Positions 14,828 through 30,129 of a stretch of DNA of 64,000 nt are shown one piece after another (the first letter of the stretch is position 1; each line of letters starts with the position of its first letter). The position numbers were made by a program, and so were the translations under genes. Origin of the DNA: Octopus vulgaris (Eukaryota). Below the pieces are notes generated by a model. The model had not been told where the DNA came from, searched no databases, and saw only the letters and a list, made by a program, of their open reading frames with translations. The stretch is taken from positions 37,572,001 to 37,636,000 of the forward strand of contig OX597832.1 in the NCBI GenBank assembly GCA_951406725.2. Direction: 5' to 3'.

Positions 14828-15237
14828 AAATGCACACGGATACACACATGCACGCATTAATTAAACATGGTGACAATTGCCATCACAAAATCTGCCACCG
14901 CCAACAACAACATCAACAACAATGCCATCATTTCAACAACAACAACTAAGCCAAGCCATTCCTTACTTTATTATTCATCGAGTCAGGTGTTCAGTTATAG
15001 TTTTATGTTCAATGGCATTTTTTATCATTTCTTGTGCCCTTCCCCACCTCCGCTTTCCAAAATATATCACCCACAGATAAACTTGACAGGAAATGTTAAA
15101 GCGACCAGCTATAAATGGCCGGCATCATAAGTCTTATGAGTAATACCTAATGGTGCGTTTCTGCGTTACTGAAGTATTTTGAAGCAGGTGGGTTAGATTG
15201 AGCAGGTAGAAAAACGCTATGTACCAGGAGCTTTAGG

Positions 15238-15558
15238 AACTGGCGCTCCATCGGTTACAACGACGAGGGTTCGAGCTGATCCCTTCAACGGAGCAGCCTG
15301 CTCGTGAAATTAACGTGCAAGAGGCTGAGCACTCCACAGACACGCGTACTCCAAACATAGTTCTCAGGGAGATTCGGCGTGACATGGAATGTGATAAGGA
15401 TGGGCCTTTGAATTACAGATACAACTGTTTTTTGCCAGCTGGATGGACTGGAGCATCATGAAATAAAATATCTTGTTCAAGGACGCAATGCACCGTCGGT
15501 TTTCGAATTCCTGACTACGATTGTGAGCAGAATACTTTAAGCACAAAGCCAAGCACCT
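15238..15558 (-). mobile_element. tRNA-derived SINE, family E (diverged)
   Basis: Degenerate head, gtccttgaacaagatattttatttca block shared with family D, distinct tail. Related fragment near 24590-24750. Confidence 0.6.
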
Positions 15559-15769
15559 TGACGGCTTTGGAAATCGGGTGTGTTGCGTCTATCACTTTTG
15601 TGCCGACAATTACTGCATGTTCTGCAGGGTTTTACTCGTGGTTAAAGGCGAGTTTATAAAGCAAAATGCGGATCGAGCTTAATTTTGTCGCTTACTTCTT
15701 TCCCTCACCCTCTTCCTCCCATCTCCTCTTTCCCATATAAACAACCTTCCACATCACTTACTTATTGAT

Positions 15770-15950
15770 TTCAAATTCTGCCACAAGGCCAGCAATTTCG
15801 GCGAAAGGGTAAATCGATTAACTCAGTGTTCTACTGGTACTTTTTATCGACTCCGAAAGGGATGAAAGACCAAGTCGACCTCGGCAGAATTTGAACTCAG
15901 AACGTAATGACGGACGAAATGCTGCTGAGCATTCTACCAGCTCGCCGCCT
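15770..15950 (-). mobile_element. SINE family B
   Basis: Reverse complement match. Confidence 0.75.
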
Positions 15951-16236
15951 TATATTCCTGATTAATTAATCTCACTAACTTGCTTTTCCTGCATGCTTCC
16001 TTTCTCTCTATTTCTTTGTCGCACAAATTCCTTTTCAGTAACTCATTCGGGCATTTCCTCACTTGCCCAGTTTTTGATCGCTTATTCAAGAGGGAGGGCC
16101 AGTACCTATAAACTTTCAGAGGGCATCCGAGACCGGTTGAAGAAATGAAACAGGTGTCTTCAAACCAGAAACCTAGCCGATTGCTTGTAACAGAATAGAC
16201 TCCTTTACCGAGGAGTCCATTCTGGTGGTGGTGTTA

Positions 16237-16692
<456 letters not shown>

Positions 16693-16784
16693 TTCTCAGT
16701 GTAGTTTCTGGTCTGTTTTTGTTTTTAATAACCGTTTAATAAAACAAAACATACACACACATCACCATTCCCATATATAGGCAC

Positions 16785-16846
<62 letters not shown>

Positions 16847-17341
16847 ATATTTGCCTAGCGAATGTTTTAAAAAAAGATGGGTGAATGTAGCAAGAATGGC
16901 ACGTATGAATGACGAAGCCACCTTGAGCATAGTCCTATGAACCCAGAAATCGAAAACAGAGAGTTGCTTATTTGCAAAAAAAAAAAAAAAGAAAAATAAA
17001 ATGTGACATCATTGACCGAGGTTACCGTGGTCTTTTCCGTAGGCTTTTCTTTGCACGGGTAAACCTCACCTGTCCTCCCCTTTACACTTAATATTGACAT
17101 TTCTGTGATAACGATCCCTATTGATCAATTTTTTTCCTCCCCCCCTTTTTTTTAAACCCCCTTTTTTTTGTCCTCTTTCTCTCCTTTTACGATCTCTTTT
17201 GATCGAAACTCCCCCTTCCTTTTTTTTTTTTTTTTTTTTCTTAAACCTTCAAAAGAAAAGCTCTACCTTGTAATTTGTTCTATCTGTGTGCAGCCCTGTG
17301 TGGCTAATAAAGAAACATATCTATCTATCTATCTATCTATC

Positions 17342-17436
<95 letters not shown>

Positions 17437-17616
17437 ATCTATCTATCTGTCTGCCTGGCTATCTATCTGTCTGCTTGTCTGTCTGTCTATCTATTTATCT
17501 ACAGTTAGAGATGAAGTGAGAGTGTGAGAGAGTGAGAGATAGATCGATTGATAGAAAGATAAACAGTTACATATTTTCTATGCATATGTATATATTTCTA
17601 TATGCACAGACACACA

Positions 17617-17656
<40 letters not shown>

Positions 17657-17672
17657 CTTGTGTTCATATATG

Positions 17673-17716
<44 letters not shown>

Positions 17717-17732
17717 CTTGTGTTCATATATG

Positions 17733-17823
<91 letters not shown>

Positions 17824-18959
17824 CACTTTCAGGGGATATTATGCTGTGTGTTTTTTCACTGTTTCCAAAGAAATGCCTTATAAACGAAAATTGTTAAATA
17901 AACCGAGATCTTTGTCTCAAACCAAATCAGATTAATTCGATCGTGTTGTTTATTGAAAAGATTGCAATCTTTTAAGTAATTCATCTTTTCAAGTGAGCTT
18001 TTGTGATTTCTCTTATCCATTCTTTTACATCTTTATCGGATATCATGACTTTCCTACAGCTATTAATACAGTTTATTCCACGTCTCTCTCCTTTTCTCTC
18101 TCTCTCCCTCTCTCTCTCTCATTTTCTCGATCCCTCCTTTTCTCTTGTTCTTTCACTCTTGCTCCATCACACACACACACACACACATTAAGCCAGTCTT
18201 GTATAAAAGTGTCCACATATTTGTACCAAAGATATACTCGAAGACAGAAGTCTCAAGAAAGAGAAGAACGGTAAAATCGTTATTATTAAGAAATGGTACC
18301 AAAAGAAAACAATAAACATAGAGCTGAGTGAAAGCAAAGATATGAAGAACAATAAAAATAATAATAATTATTATGACAAATAGGAAATCTGGGAGGAAAG
18401 ATAATAAAAGTAATTATAAAGAATAATTTGAAAACAAAAGCATGTAATGAAATCAAACTTATGCAGATTAGCACAAAAAACAAACAATGTATGTGTGTTT
18501 GTATGATCGTGTGTACGTGGACACAGGCGCGCGCATATATATATATATGTATTTGTGTTGATACACACACAGGCACACATATATGAATGTGTGTGTGCGT
18601 GAGTGTGTGTGTGAAAGAATACAAAAATATCCCGGAAAAAGCTCTAAAATAAATAAACAAATAAACAAACCCAAAATGACGGTAATACAAATGAGTTTTG
18701 GCTATAATAGGTTTTGCAAACTGGAAACCGAATTTTTATGATAATCTCGTATTAGGATTTGATTAAAACCTTCATATGAATTAAATGGGGGGAACCCAAA
18801 GGACTGTGATTTTCTTAAATTATTTTCCCAAGTTTTATGATTATTTTCACTAAATATAATAAGGGCTGTAAAAGTAATTGGCGTTTCGGGACGCGGTTTC
18901 CATTTCTGGTTTAAGACAGAAGTTTTAATTTACGCTGCTAATAATTTTCCGTTCTGAAA

Positions 18960-19172
18960 CGGCGAGCTGCCGGAGACGTTGTTGTCGCGCCGGAAAAATG
19001 CTTAGTCGGTATTATTCTCGATTTTACGTTCTGTGATAAAATTCCGCCAAAATCGGCTTTACTTTTCATTCTTTCGAGGTCGATAAAGTAAGTACCAGTC
19101 GAGCACTGCGCCTATGTAATCGATTTACCACTTTCCCCGAAACTGCAGGCCTTGTTCTAAAATGTGTAACCA
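18960..19172 (+). mobile_element. SINE family B, diverged
   Basis: Head and central domain match. Confidence 0.7.
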
Positions 19173-19224
19173 ATGATTTTCGTTCTACTTTAGGCATGTA
19201 TGTATGTATGTATACATGTATATG

Positions 19225-19725
19225 TATCTCCGTTTTTCTTTTTTCTTTGTTGCCGTACACATTCGCTTGCTTTCTTACAAAGGGGTCTCATGCTCTTAGC
19301 TTAGACTTTTTTGGGGAGAACAAGATCGAACCATCCCCAGTCAAGTACTTACTTACTTGTACTTGTGGCACCCTCTTCTACCACCCTCGAGGCATCTCGA
19401 ACAATGGGAGAAGAAGTTTCGTGGGAATATATGGATTTCACAAGCGGTCCCCAACAATCCCGCATGTGGAGACATCCTGTTTGCCGCAGATTGCCCGCAG
19501 ACGCAGGGACCGAACGACCGAGGAGCCGCCGGTTGCCGAAACAGTCAAGTACCAGAAGTCACGACCGAAATGGTTGTGACTTCTGGTACTTGACTGAGGA
19601 AAGAAGGCCAAGAATGACCCGTCTTTTTTGTCTGTCCTAATTGTTGTTTCTCTTGTTCGCCTTTGGGTCGTCTGTCTGTCCGAACGTTTTAAAGCTCTCT
19701 GTTACGTTTTTGTTCCATTTTCATA
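19225..19725 (+). repeat. Interspersed repeat with a 25-bp hairpin
   Basis: Shares blocks with 5180-5400 (cattcgcttg, tgctcttaNcttaga, gactgaggaNagaa...gaatga...cgtc). Hairpin at 19542-19596. Confidence 0.5.
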
Positions 19726-19727
19726 CA

Positions 19728-19784
<57 letters not shown>

Positions 19785-20338
19785 TCTTTATATATTCTTT
19801 TGTGCGTTCCAGCCATAAGACTCTCCGGTCGTTAGAGGACGTATGAGAGTACAGCAATTTCTTGCTGAAAAATCATGGAGATGATTCGTTTATAATCATC
19901 AAATGTTTGTGTTCACGACGTGTCACATTTCAGGTGACGAAATGATGGCGGAGCAACATGAAATGAATGAATACAATGCAACCTTCGGTCTGGGAATCGA
20001 AACCGTGATAGTATAAGTTTGGCACTTGTAATATCGGTCACTTGTGCCGAACCGCTATGTTATATATGGCACCACTACCACGCCCAGTATGGCCGCCAGT
20101 ACTCCCGCCACCGTCCCGCCAATGCCTTCAGCGTTATCAGCAGCGGCAACGTGAAACAACAGCGAGAGAAAGGTATAACCAAGGCTGGTTCTTTCGCGAG
20201 TATCATCCTCCACCTCATCATCATCATCACCGTGATCATCATCATCAGCGTCGTCGTCATCATCGTCGTCATCATCATCACTATTACCCTGGTCGTTATC
20301 GTCGTTGTCACCGCCGTCGTCATCGTCATCAACACCAC

Positions 20339-21087
20339 CACTATAGCCATAATCATCACTATATAATCATCACATCGCTATCATCAGCATCATCATCACA
20401 GCTCCTTCACCTCCTCCTCGCCATCATCATCATCATCATCATTAACATTAACATAACCATCGCATCATCTTCCCTATAATGTCCACATTCCCCAAGAAAA
20501 TTCACATTATCATTTTGAATTTCATCGCCATCATAACCACCATCACCACCAACCACCACCACCATCATCATCATCATCGTCATCATCATCATCATCGCTG
20601 TCGTCATCATCAGCTTCACGCGTTTGCGAAGGACATAAAGAACATTGCCCGGACATTGTGCTTTGGGAACTTTCTAGGCGCAATCCCACGGTCAGTCATA
20701 ACCGAAGGGGTTCCTTTAGTTATTGTCATTGCTTTTAGCAGTGGGTCAGTCAGATTTGGCATTTCAGATGTGCATTTCGTGTAGGACGGCAGAATGGGAT
20801 CTGAGGGAGATTGGGGAGCTATTTCGTGCAGTTTGTGTGAGCGCTAAAAAGCGTAGACGTCGGTTCGATTTGATTATGGTTTTGATGATGGTGGTGGTGT
20901 TGATGGTGATGATGATGGCGATGAAATTAAAAATGATAATGTGAATTTTGATGTGGAATATGGACATTATAGTGAAGATAATGCGATGGGTATGTTAATG
21001 TTAATGATGATGATGATGGGGAGGAGGAGGTGAAGGAGCTGTGATGATGATGCTGATGATAACAATGTCACGATTATGGCTATAGTG
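20339..21087. repeat. Long inverted repeat (~205-230-bp arms, ~310-bp spacer)
   Basis: 20339-20570 is the reverse complement of 20884-21087, including non-microsatellite blocks. Confidence 0.9.
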
Positions 21088-21339
21088 ATGATTATGGGGT
21101 TTTGTGGATGGAAGTTTGCATGCTGAGGGTGTTGTTGTTACTGTTGTTGTTGTTGTTGGTGGTGGTGGTAGTGGCAAAGGTAAGAGTGATGACGAAAACG
21201 ACAGCGATGACGATGATGATGATGATGATGACGACGATGACAACGACGGCGATGGCGATGATAATCAGGCTCATGCAATAAGTACGAGTAAAAGAAAATT
21301 AAAAACGATGCAAACCCGAAACACTTTACACACACACAG

Positions 21340-21950
<611 letters not shown>

Positions 21951-22456
21951 TAAACCGCGTAAGAAGAAAAATAAAAGTGAAAGTGAAAGTGGGATCTGTG
22001 TTGTTGTTGTTGTGGTGGGTATGTGTGTGGGTGCGATTGGGTGGGTGATCATGAAGGCAGGATATATCGATAAGTGGTTTGTCATTGATACGTGACATCA
22101 AGTAAACACGGTACGTGATCATGTCAACGTGATGTACGCGGAACCACGACAGAGCCCCCGCCCCCCCCCTACACCTCCACCTCCACCCCACAAGCTCTGC
22201 CGTCTCGTGTTCAATGTGGGCACACGGCTGGAATCAGGGAGGAGAGAAGAACACCTCGGCAAACACCTTTACCCACGCCGCATGATTTTTCTTGTGGAAG
22301 CGAAGTAAAAGTGATTCATGAGTTAACTGGAACAACAACAGTCACAACTGTTACAACAACAACAACAACAAGCTGGATGTCGACAACAACAAGGACAGGA
22401 GCAGTAAACAGCAACGACTGTTACAACAACAACAACAACAGTAAAGTTGCAGTAAA

Positions 22457-22496
<40 letters not shown>

Positions 22497-22559
22497 GTTT
22501 TTGTTGTTGTTGTTGTTTTGAATCCACATCCGTCGCCTTGGTGGCAAGTAAAAAGAAAT

Positions 22560-22756
22560 CACCATCATCACCATCATCATCATCATCATCATCATCATCA
22601 TTATCATCATCATCATCACCATCATCGTCATCATCATCATCATCATCGCCATCATCGTCATCATCATCATCATCATCATCTTCATCATCACCATCATCGT
22701 CATCATCCTCATCAGCATCATCGCCATCATCGTCGTCATCATCATCATCATCATCA

Positions 22757-22787
<31 letters not shown>

Positions 22788-22910
22788 AATCATCTTCATC
22801 ATCATCAGCAGCAGCAGCAGATGCATCATCGCCATCATCGTCATCATCATCATCATCATCGTCAACATCATCACCATCATCATTGTTATCATCATTGTCA
22901 TCATCATCAT
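22560..22910. repeat. (CAT)n microsatellite
   Basis: Directly visible. Confidence 0.95.
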
Positions 22911-23203
22911 ATTTTTTGTTATTATTATTATTAACCTATCGGAATAACAACAGCAACAACAACAATGCGGTAGTAATCTGCAACAACAACAACAACAACA
23001 ACAACATCAACATGTACATTAGTACCACAAACTTTATCAACACTAGAAACTGCAACGACGACAACAATAACAACGACAAAACACCGGCTGCTGTAACAAC
23101 AACGCGAACAATATGACTCCAACAACAATATCTGTAATGGCGTCAATAACAAGAACCACAATAAAAGCTAGCGCAAATAACAACAACAACAATAATGTTA
23201 TTT

Positions 23204-23630
23204 ACTCTTTTACTTGTTTCAGTCATTTGGCTGTGGCCATGCTAGAGCACCGCCTTTTAGTCGAGCAAATCGACCCCAGGACTTATTCTTTGGAAGCCTA
23301 GTACTTATTCTATCGGTTTCTTTTACCAAACCGCTAAGTTACGGGGACGTAAACACACCAGCAACGGTTGTCAAGTGATGTTGGGTGGAGAAACACAGAC
23401 ACACAAACATATACACACACATACAAATATACATATATATATATATGCAAATATATATATATATATACATATATATACGGCGGGCTTCTTTCAGTTTCCG
23501 TCTACCAAATCCACTGACAAGGCTTTGGTCGACCCGAGGCTATAGTAGAAGACACTCGCTCAATGTGCCACGCAGTGGGGCTGAACCCGGAACCATGTGG
23601 TTCGTGAGCAAGCTACTTACCACACAGCCA
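23204..23630 (-). mobile_element. SINE family A, full length
   Basis: Reverse complement matches 16237-16692 and the head at 685. Confidence 0.85.
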
Positions 23631-24203
23631 CTAACGATCACAACACAAACTGCGTCAATTACTGTAAATAATCGAATCACCAATGACAATAACAAAGATA
23701 CTATCAAGTGCTCTCGGAAGCAGAGGAACAGCACCAACAATATCAACATTAACACGGCAAAAACAAAAGCTTCTGCAGTAGCAGTAACAACAACAACAAC
23801 AACAGCAAGAACAATGACAACGATGACAGCGACGATGACAATGATGACAACGATAGAGATCATGCGAAAAATAATGATTTCCGTGGTCAAAATAACTGAG
23901 ACATACGACGGTATGTAATTCATGGAACAACGACAACAACGATGAGAATAAGGAGAACAGCAATAACAATGAGAACAACAAAGGCGACAACAACAGTAAT
24001 TGCAATTGTATCGGCATCGATATTAAAGTCAGTAAAGAGCAACAACAACAACAACAACAGCAGCAGCAATAACAACAACAACTTGAACAAGTCATGAACA
24101 AGTATTGAAGTATAGAGAATGGAGGGTGATTAAGACTGCGTGTAATTAGGTACATGCTAAGAAGGAAATATTTGGTGTGTTGACACGGTGTACGTGTTCT
24201 ATA

Positions 24204-24253
<50 letters not shown>

Positions 24254-24284
24254 CATATATGTGTGTATACATATTTATATATGT

Positions 24285-24333
<49 letters not shown>

Positions 24334-24403
24334 TATACATACATATATACACGCACACATAAAATTTGTTTAGTTTGGTGAAGTATGTGAATATACACAC
24401 AAG

Positions 24404-24445
<42 letters not shown>

Positions 24446-24769
24446 CTTGTGTGTATACACACATACACACACTTACACACACATAGTACATACATATATA
24501 TATATATACATATTCATTTATATACATCCGTATGTATGCATATGGAATGTGGGTACGTATATAGACACACACATATTTACTCTAATGGATCCTCCGTCGC
24601 TTTCGACAATGAACATTCCATTGTTTGATTAAGTGAACAATATACTGATTAAATACATGTGGCTGAATATTCCATAGACACATGCTCGTTTAACATAAAT
24701 CCCCAGCCGACTGAACGTAAAACATTACGTGGCAAGACTGAAACATTGAAATACAATTACATCTTATCT

Positions 24770-24932
24770 ACCGGGATTCGATATAGTTTCCCCTCTTGCC
24801 AATTTCACTCATAAAGTTTCGTTCATCTGAGTATATATCAAAGAAAACTTACTCAAGATGTCACGCTTCTGGATCGAATCCGTGACCTCGTCGTTGAAAG
24901 GCAAACTTCTTAACCGCTCGTCCAGGCCTGCA
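24770..24932 (-). mobile_element. SINE family A, diverged
   Basis: Degenerate match to the head and body. Confidence 0.55.
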
Positions 24933-25144
24933 TTCTCATGGTTGTACTTAGGCACATAAGTATTTAGTTAAACTAGAGTCACACATGCTCATACATAAAC
25001 ACATGCACAAACACACATGTATATATGTATATGAATGCATACATTTATGCATAGTTTAATAAACATACAATTTAGCTCCACAGTAAAGCCTTTCTCTCTT
25101 TCTCTCTCTCACTGATTTCCTCCCTTCCATCTCGCTCTCTCTCT

Positions 25145-25329
25145 AGTTTCGCCTGGTTTTTGCTTATCAATATTGTCTACATACATCCATTGTATACAAT
25201 GTAATAATACAGGAAATCTGTATCTGTTTCTCATAGCATTTATTGTAAATAACTGCAAACTGTTTCCTGTGTTTGGAGAACGGAACCGGGTAGATATTTT
25301 CGATCAGTCATTAAAAACCAGGCGAAACT
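25145..25329. mobile_element. MITE-like element with terminal inverted repeats
   Basis: Perfect 17-bp IR agtttcgcctggttttt / aaaaaccaggcgaaact, extending imperfectly to ~40 bp. Confidence 0.55.
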
Positions 25330-26848
25330 CATCGAGCTACCATAAAATCACTGGCTATGGGACCTGCATATTATCTCATGAAATATCGGATATGTGAGCT
25401 CTTTAAAGTACAGCCTATGAGAGGAAGAATTAGCTAGCGAGCAGTCGGTGAGCGAGATTACTGCAGTTAGAGTCTGGAGTATGGTGTACAGACTGAATGG
25501 AAGCATGTTTTTTTCTGCGTTGCAGCGTGCTGTGTTGAAAGCGATATTGTTTCAACATGAGTAGCTAACCTTAACGTTACAGCCATTAAAAAGTTTACGG
25601 TAATTATAGATGTTTGAGAAATGCTAGTTATATTTGTAAACATCTAGTCTGAATATCGGAATGAATCAAATTACATTATCCTTTCTAACTTGTTATGGTT
25701 TTGGGGTGGAAATAAATGATCTTTATATACACCTATTTGTCACTGATGCCACACCTTACTAGTACCTCATTATAATGGTGTGCGCCCACTGAAAATGAAA
25801 AAATATCTCTGCAAGGATGGCTAAGTTTATTAGGTTTTCTGTAGAGGATGTATTTTCTTGTTTTTGAGGTTTAGGATGACATTCATGAAGATAACTATTA
25901 TTTCTAGGCCGTGACCGTTAATATTGCTTAAAATTGAAAGGCCATCATCCCTGTACAGAGCCTATGTACGGGGGCGTGTGTTTTATGGTATATCTGATGG
26001 TGTGTGTACAAGCTTAAACACAAACACAAATATTTGCAGTGTTTAAACATTTTCAAGTAAAACATTTGTTTCTTCCCCAATTCTCATATTTATTTTCTCT
26101 CATTTTTTTCATCTTCTCTCTCTTACCTTCTCTGTCTTTCTTTCCCCACCAAAACACACCTTTCCTCTATCACTTTCCGTCAAGAGCTCTACCTTATATA
26201 GCTATAACTTCTCTCTTTTTCTCCGTTTTCCATTTTCCTATTCCCTATATAACCTCTGTCTTTAATATTGTTTTTCATGATCTTTATTTTTGCTGTGTAA
26301 TTCGTTACTTAGTTGGATACTAACTTGACTGTGTTGCTGGTGGATTGGTTATTTTGTGGGTGGTTGATTGACTGAAAGGTTGGTTAGTGGGCTGAATTGG
26401 TGACAGATAAGTTGTTTGGTAGATTGGTCCGTGGATTTGGTTGGCTAAAAGATTGGTTAGTTGGCAGACTGGTTGGTTCACTGGTTAAATGTCAGGTTAA
26501 CTGGTTAGTTGTTTCGGTATTTAGTTAATTGATTGATCGGTTAATTAATTGATTGATTGGTTGGTTAATTGGTTAGTTGATTGACTGACTGGCTGAAAAT
26601 GGTTGATTACTTGGCTGGCTGGCTGGCTGGCTGGTTGGTTGGTTGGTTGGTTGGTTGGTTGGTTGGTTATAGTTGCAATTGTGAAAAGTTCTATGAGAAA
26701 ACTTCAATATTAGTTTTTGTTGTTGGTGTTGTTAAAGTGTGGAGTTGACAGAGTGACACTCAATGGGGTGGCGGAGGTGAAAGATCATGATGATGATGGT
26801 ATTGGTGCTGATGATAATGATGATGATGGTGAGGATAATAATAATAAC

Positions 26849-26909
<61 letters not shown>

Positions 26910-27389
26910 GTAATAATAATATAACAACAATATCATCAATAATGTGATGATGAAAAAGAAAGTAAACGTATAAGAAAAACAACAGCAACAACAAAAACAG
27001 TATAAAAATAAAAGCGAAAGATAATGACGGCAATAATAAAGATTATAGGCAAATAATACAATTAAAGAATTGAATAAAAGGTTGAAAGTATCAGTTCCAA
27101 TTACGAGAACAAAAGCATCAACAACAGAAACATTAACAACACCAACAACAACAACATATAAGACTGTATGTATTTACAATAATATGAAAAGGTTAACGAG
27201 AATATTTTTTTCTTTTTTCATATTTTGTATAAAAACAAAAACTGTAAATATAATTTTAAAAAGAGACCGACAAAGAAATCGACTTGACAGATAAGTTGTT
27301 TGGTAGACTATGGTCCGTGGATTTGGTTGGCTAAAAGATTGGTTAGTTGGCAGACTGGTTGGTTCACTGGTTATACATGTGCGTGTACA

Positions 27390-27422
<33 letters not shown>

Positions 27423-27576
27423 TACACACACATGTACACATATAAATATATATATATATAAATGTATGTCTGTGTGCATATACATGAGTATATGCATATG
27501 TATGCATATACACATATACATGTATTTATATGTATATATATGTATGTGAATGCACACACACATATATTTATGTATA

Positions 27577-27625
<49 letters not shown>

Positions 27626-27746
27626 GTATCTATGCATGTAAACATATACATATATGCACTGACACGCATGCACACACAGGCATAAGTTTAATTAATGACA
27701 ATTAAATGATGATGATAATGATGATGGTGAGGATAATAATAATAAC

Positions 27747-27788
<42 letters not shown>

Positions 27789-27827
27789 TAATAATAATTG
27801 AATTCAATTTATCGAATAATAATAATC

Positions 27828-27867
<40 letters not shown>

Positions 27868-29844
27868 TATGAAGAAGCTATTCTTTGACTTGACATTTTA
27901 GCAATGAAAATGTTGTTGGATTGAAAACGTCGGGAGAAGGGGAGGTTGTGGGTGTTGCAGTGAGGAAGGGAGACGGGGAGGCGGTGGGTGATATATATAT
28001 ATATATACAAAATGTATAAAAACAAATTGAAGATTTCAAATGCAGTAGCTTCACCACCACCACCACCACCACAGACAGCAGTAACAAAATAAACTTGCAT
28101 AAAAAACAAAAAAAGAAATGTGATATTAAAGAAGAACAATAGAAGTAGTAAATGCCGCGAGCACAAGAACAAGCAGAGCTCCGATCACAGCAACAGCCGT
28201 GGAATGGAAACGAAGCAACAACAAGAACAAAAGATCACGAGAAACGGTAAGCACCATATTCACAGCTACAGCAACAGCAATGGTCAAGAAGAGAATCAAC
28301 TACAGCAGCAACAGCAGCAGTTATCCTTCCTAATATGGACACAAAAACCCGAATTTCGGTTGCGGGGTAGGGGAACAAATGCAGCAAGAAATTCTGTTCA
28401 ACTTATCTGCCAATTTGTCACACTGTTAATACCTGAATGTTGTACATTCATCTTAAAACTTAACGTTTCATCATCAAATGGCTCATCAGGAAAGGTGCTT
28501 CTGGGGGCTGCGTCCATTTAGAATTGAGAATTAAATTAAAATTAATGTAATAAATAAGTTGTAGGAACTAGTTGCGATTGGTTGGTATAATGGGGAAAGT
28601 GAATGATTGTAGAATAAATCTAAACAGTATCATGAAAAAGTAATGGGTACATTTACTAAATATAACGGAATGTGAAAAATGTCGGGAGAATAATTTTTGG
28701 CAAATATTTTTATTAGCATTTGGGGAAATAGTCCTAGAGAATTATATGCAAAAGGACATCACTCAAGTGTTATTGTTCTGTTTCAAAGTTGTCTTGTTTA
28801 ATGTCATTTCTAGATTCCGTTGTTGAAATATCTAAATGGTGTTACAGGGGCAAATAAAAGCTTGAGGAAATTTACTGAGGTTGTTCATGCTGCTTTGAGT
28901 TATTTCACTTTGCCCACTTTTGTATAAATCATGCAAATTACGAAGGTCATTAATGTGCTTTGTCCTTTTGAAAAAATCTAAGTCCATTAGCTCCTGAAGA
29001 TAGCGGAACTATTGGAACTATTGTCGAGCTGGTGACGCCTATTGAAACAGAAATATATGTCTTCTCGACGGACCCTTTATCGCCAGATAATAATCCTGTT
29101 GTTTTCTTCAAAGGTATGTCAACTTTAAAGGTATTTCCTCTTTTGATATGGGGACTGGTCTCCATTATCATTTGATTAAAAGACATTCTAATTTCAATAA
29201 ATCAAAAATTTATGTTGCATGGTATCTGTGATCTCTATAAATATGTCCTACGCATTTGTTAATTCTTTTAAATACTTATGTAGTTGCGAGTAGACATAGA
29301 GACCGTGGTTTGACTAATCTAAATATTCAGGATGTGACCGCTGGAGTGAGAGAGAGGGTGACATCAGAACTAGGCTTGGATTCATTTATAACTGAGATAA
29401 GGAGTAACGCGAATCGAAGGGCTTTAAGTATAATCACAGACATCACCCAATCAAGGAATTGAATCCCCGACCTTATGCTTGTCTGACCAGGATTTTAACC
29501 TCTAGGTCACATGCATTTACACACACATACTCATACACATGCACACATACATACACAAACGCATACACATATGCATACATATATAACCGGTATACGCAAT
29601 TGTGGCCGTATAAAATTAAAATAGCCTTCTATGTATCATACTGAATGCAGATACACAATATTGATAGGTCTGTTCTTGCTGTATTTGTCTTGAGAAAGAG
29701 CATCATTTATGAGATCAGAAGGAAATAATATCTATTGTGTTTTAGTACAGTACGTCCAATAGTTATCTCAGAACAGATACCACAGTAACTGGCCTATCAA
29801 TAGGGTATATGCATTCATAGGGGCGTATACATACGTACATATGT

Positions 29845-29943
29845 AGGTGCAAGCGTGGCTGTATGGTAAGAAGTTTGCTTTCCAACCACATGGTTCTGGG
29901 TTCGGTCCCACTTTGTGGGACCGTTGGCAAACGTCTTCTACTA
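29845..29943 (+). mobile_element. SINE family A head
   Basis: ggctgtatggtaagaagtttgctttccaaccacatggttctgggttcggtccc. Confidence 0.75.
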
Positions 29944-30129
29944 CATGTGTGTATGTGTGTATGTGTGCGTGTGTGTGTGTTCACAAGAATGTTAACTATT
30001 ACACACACACAAGCATACATACACACACACACATACACACATGTGCGCACACATACACACATGTGCGCACACATACACACAAATACACACACACAAAGAA
30101 GTACACAAACGCATTCGCACATCTTAGAA

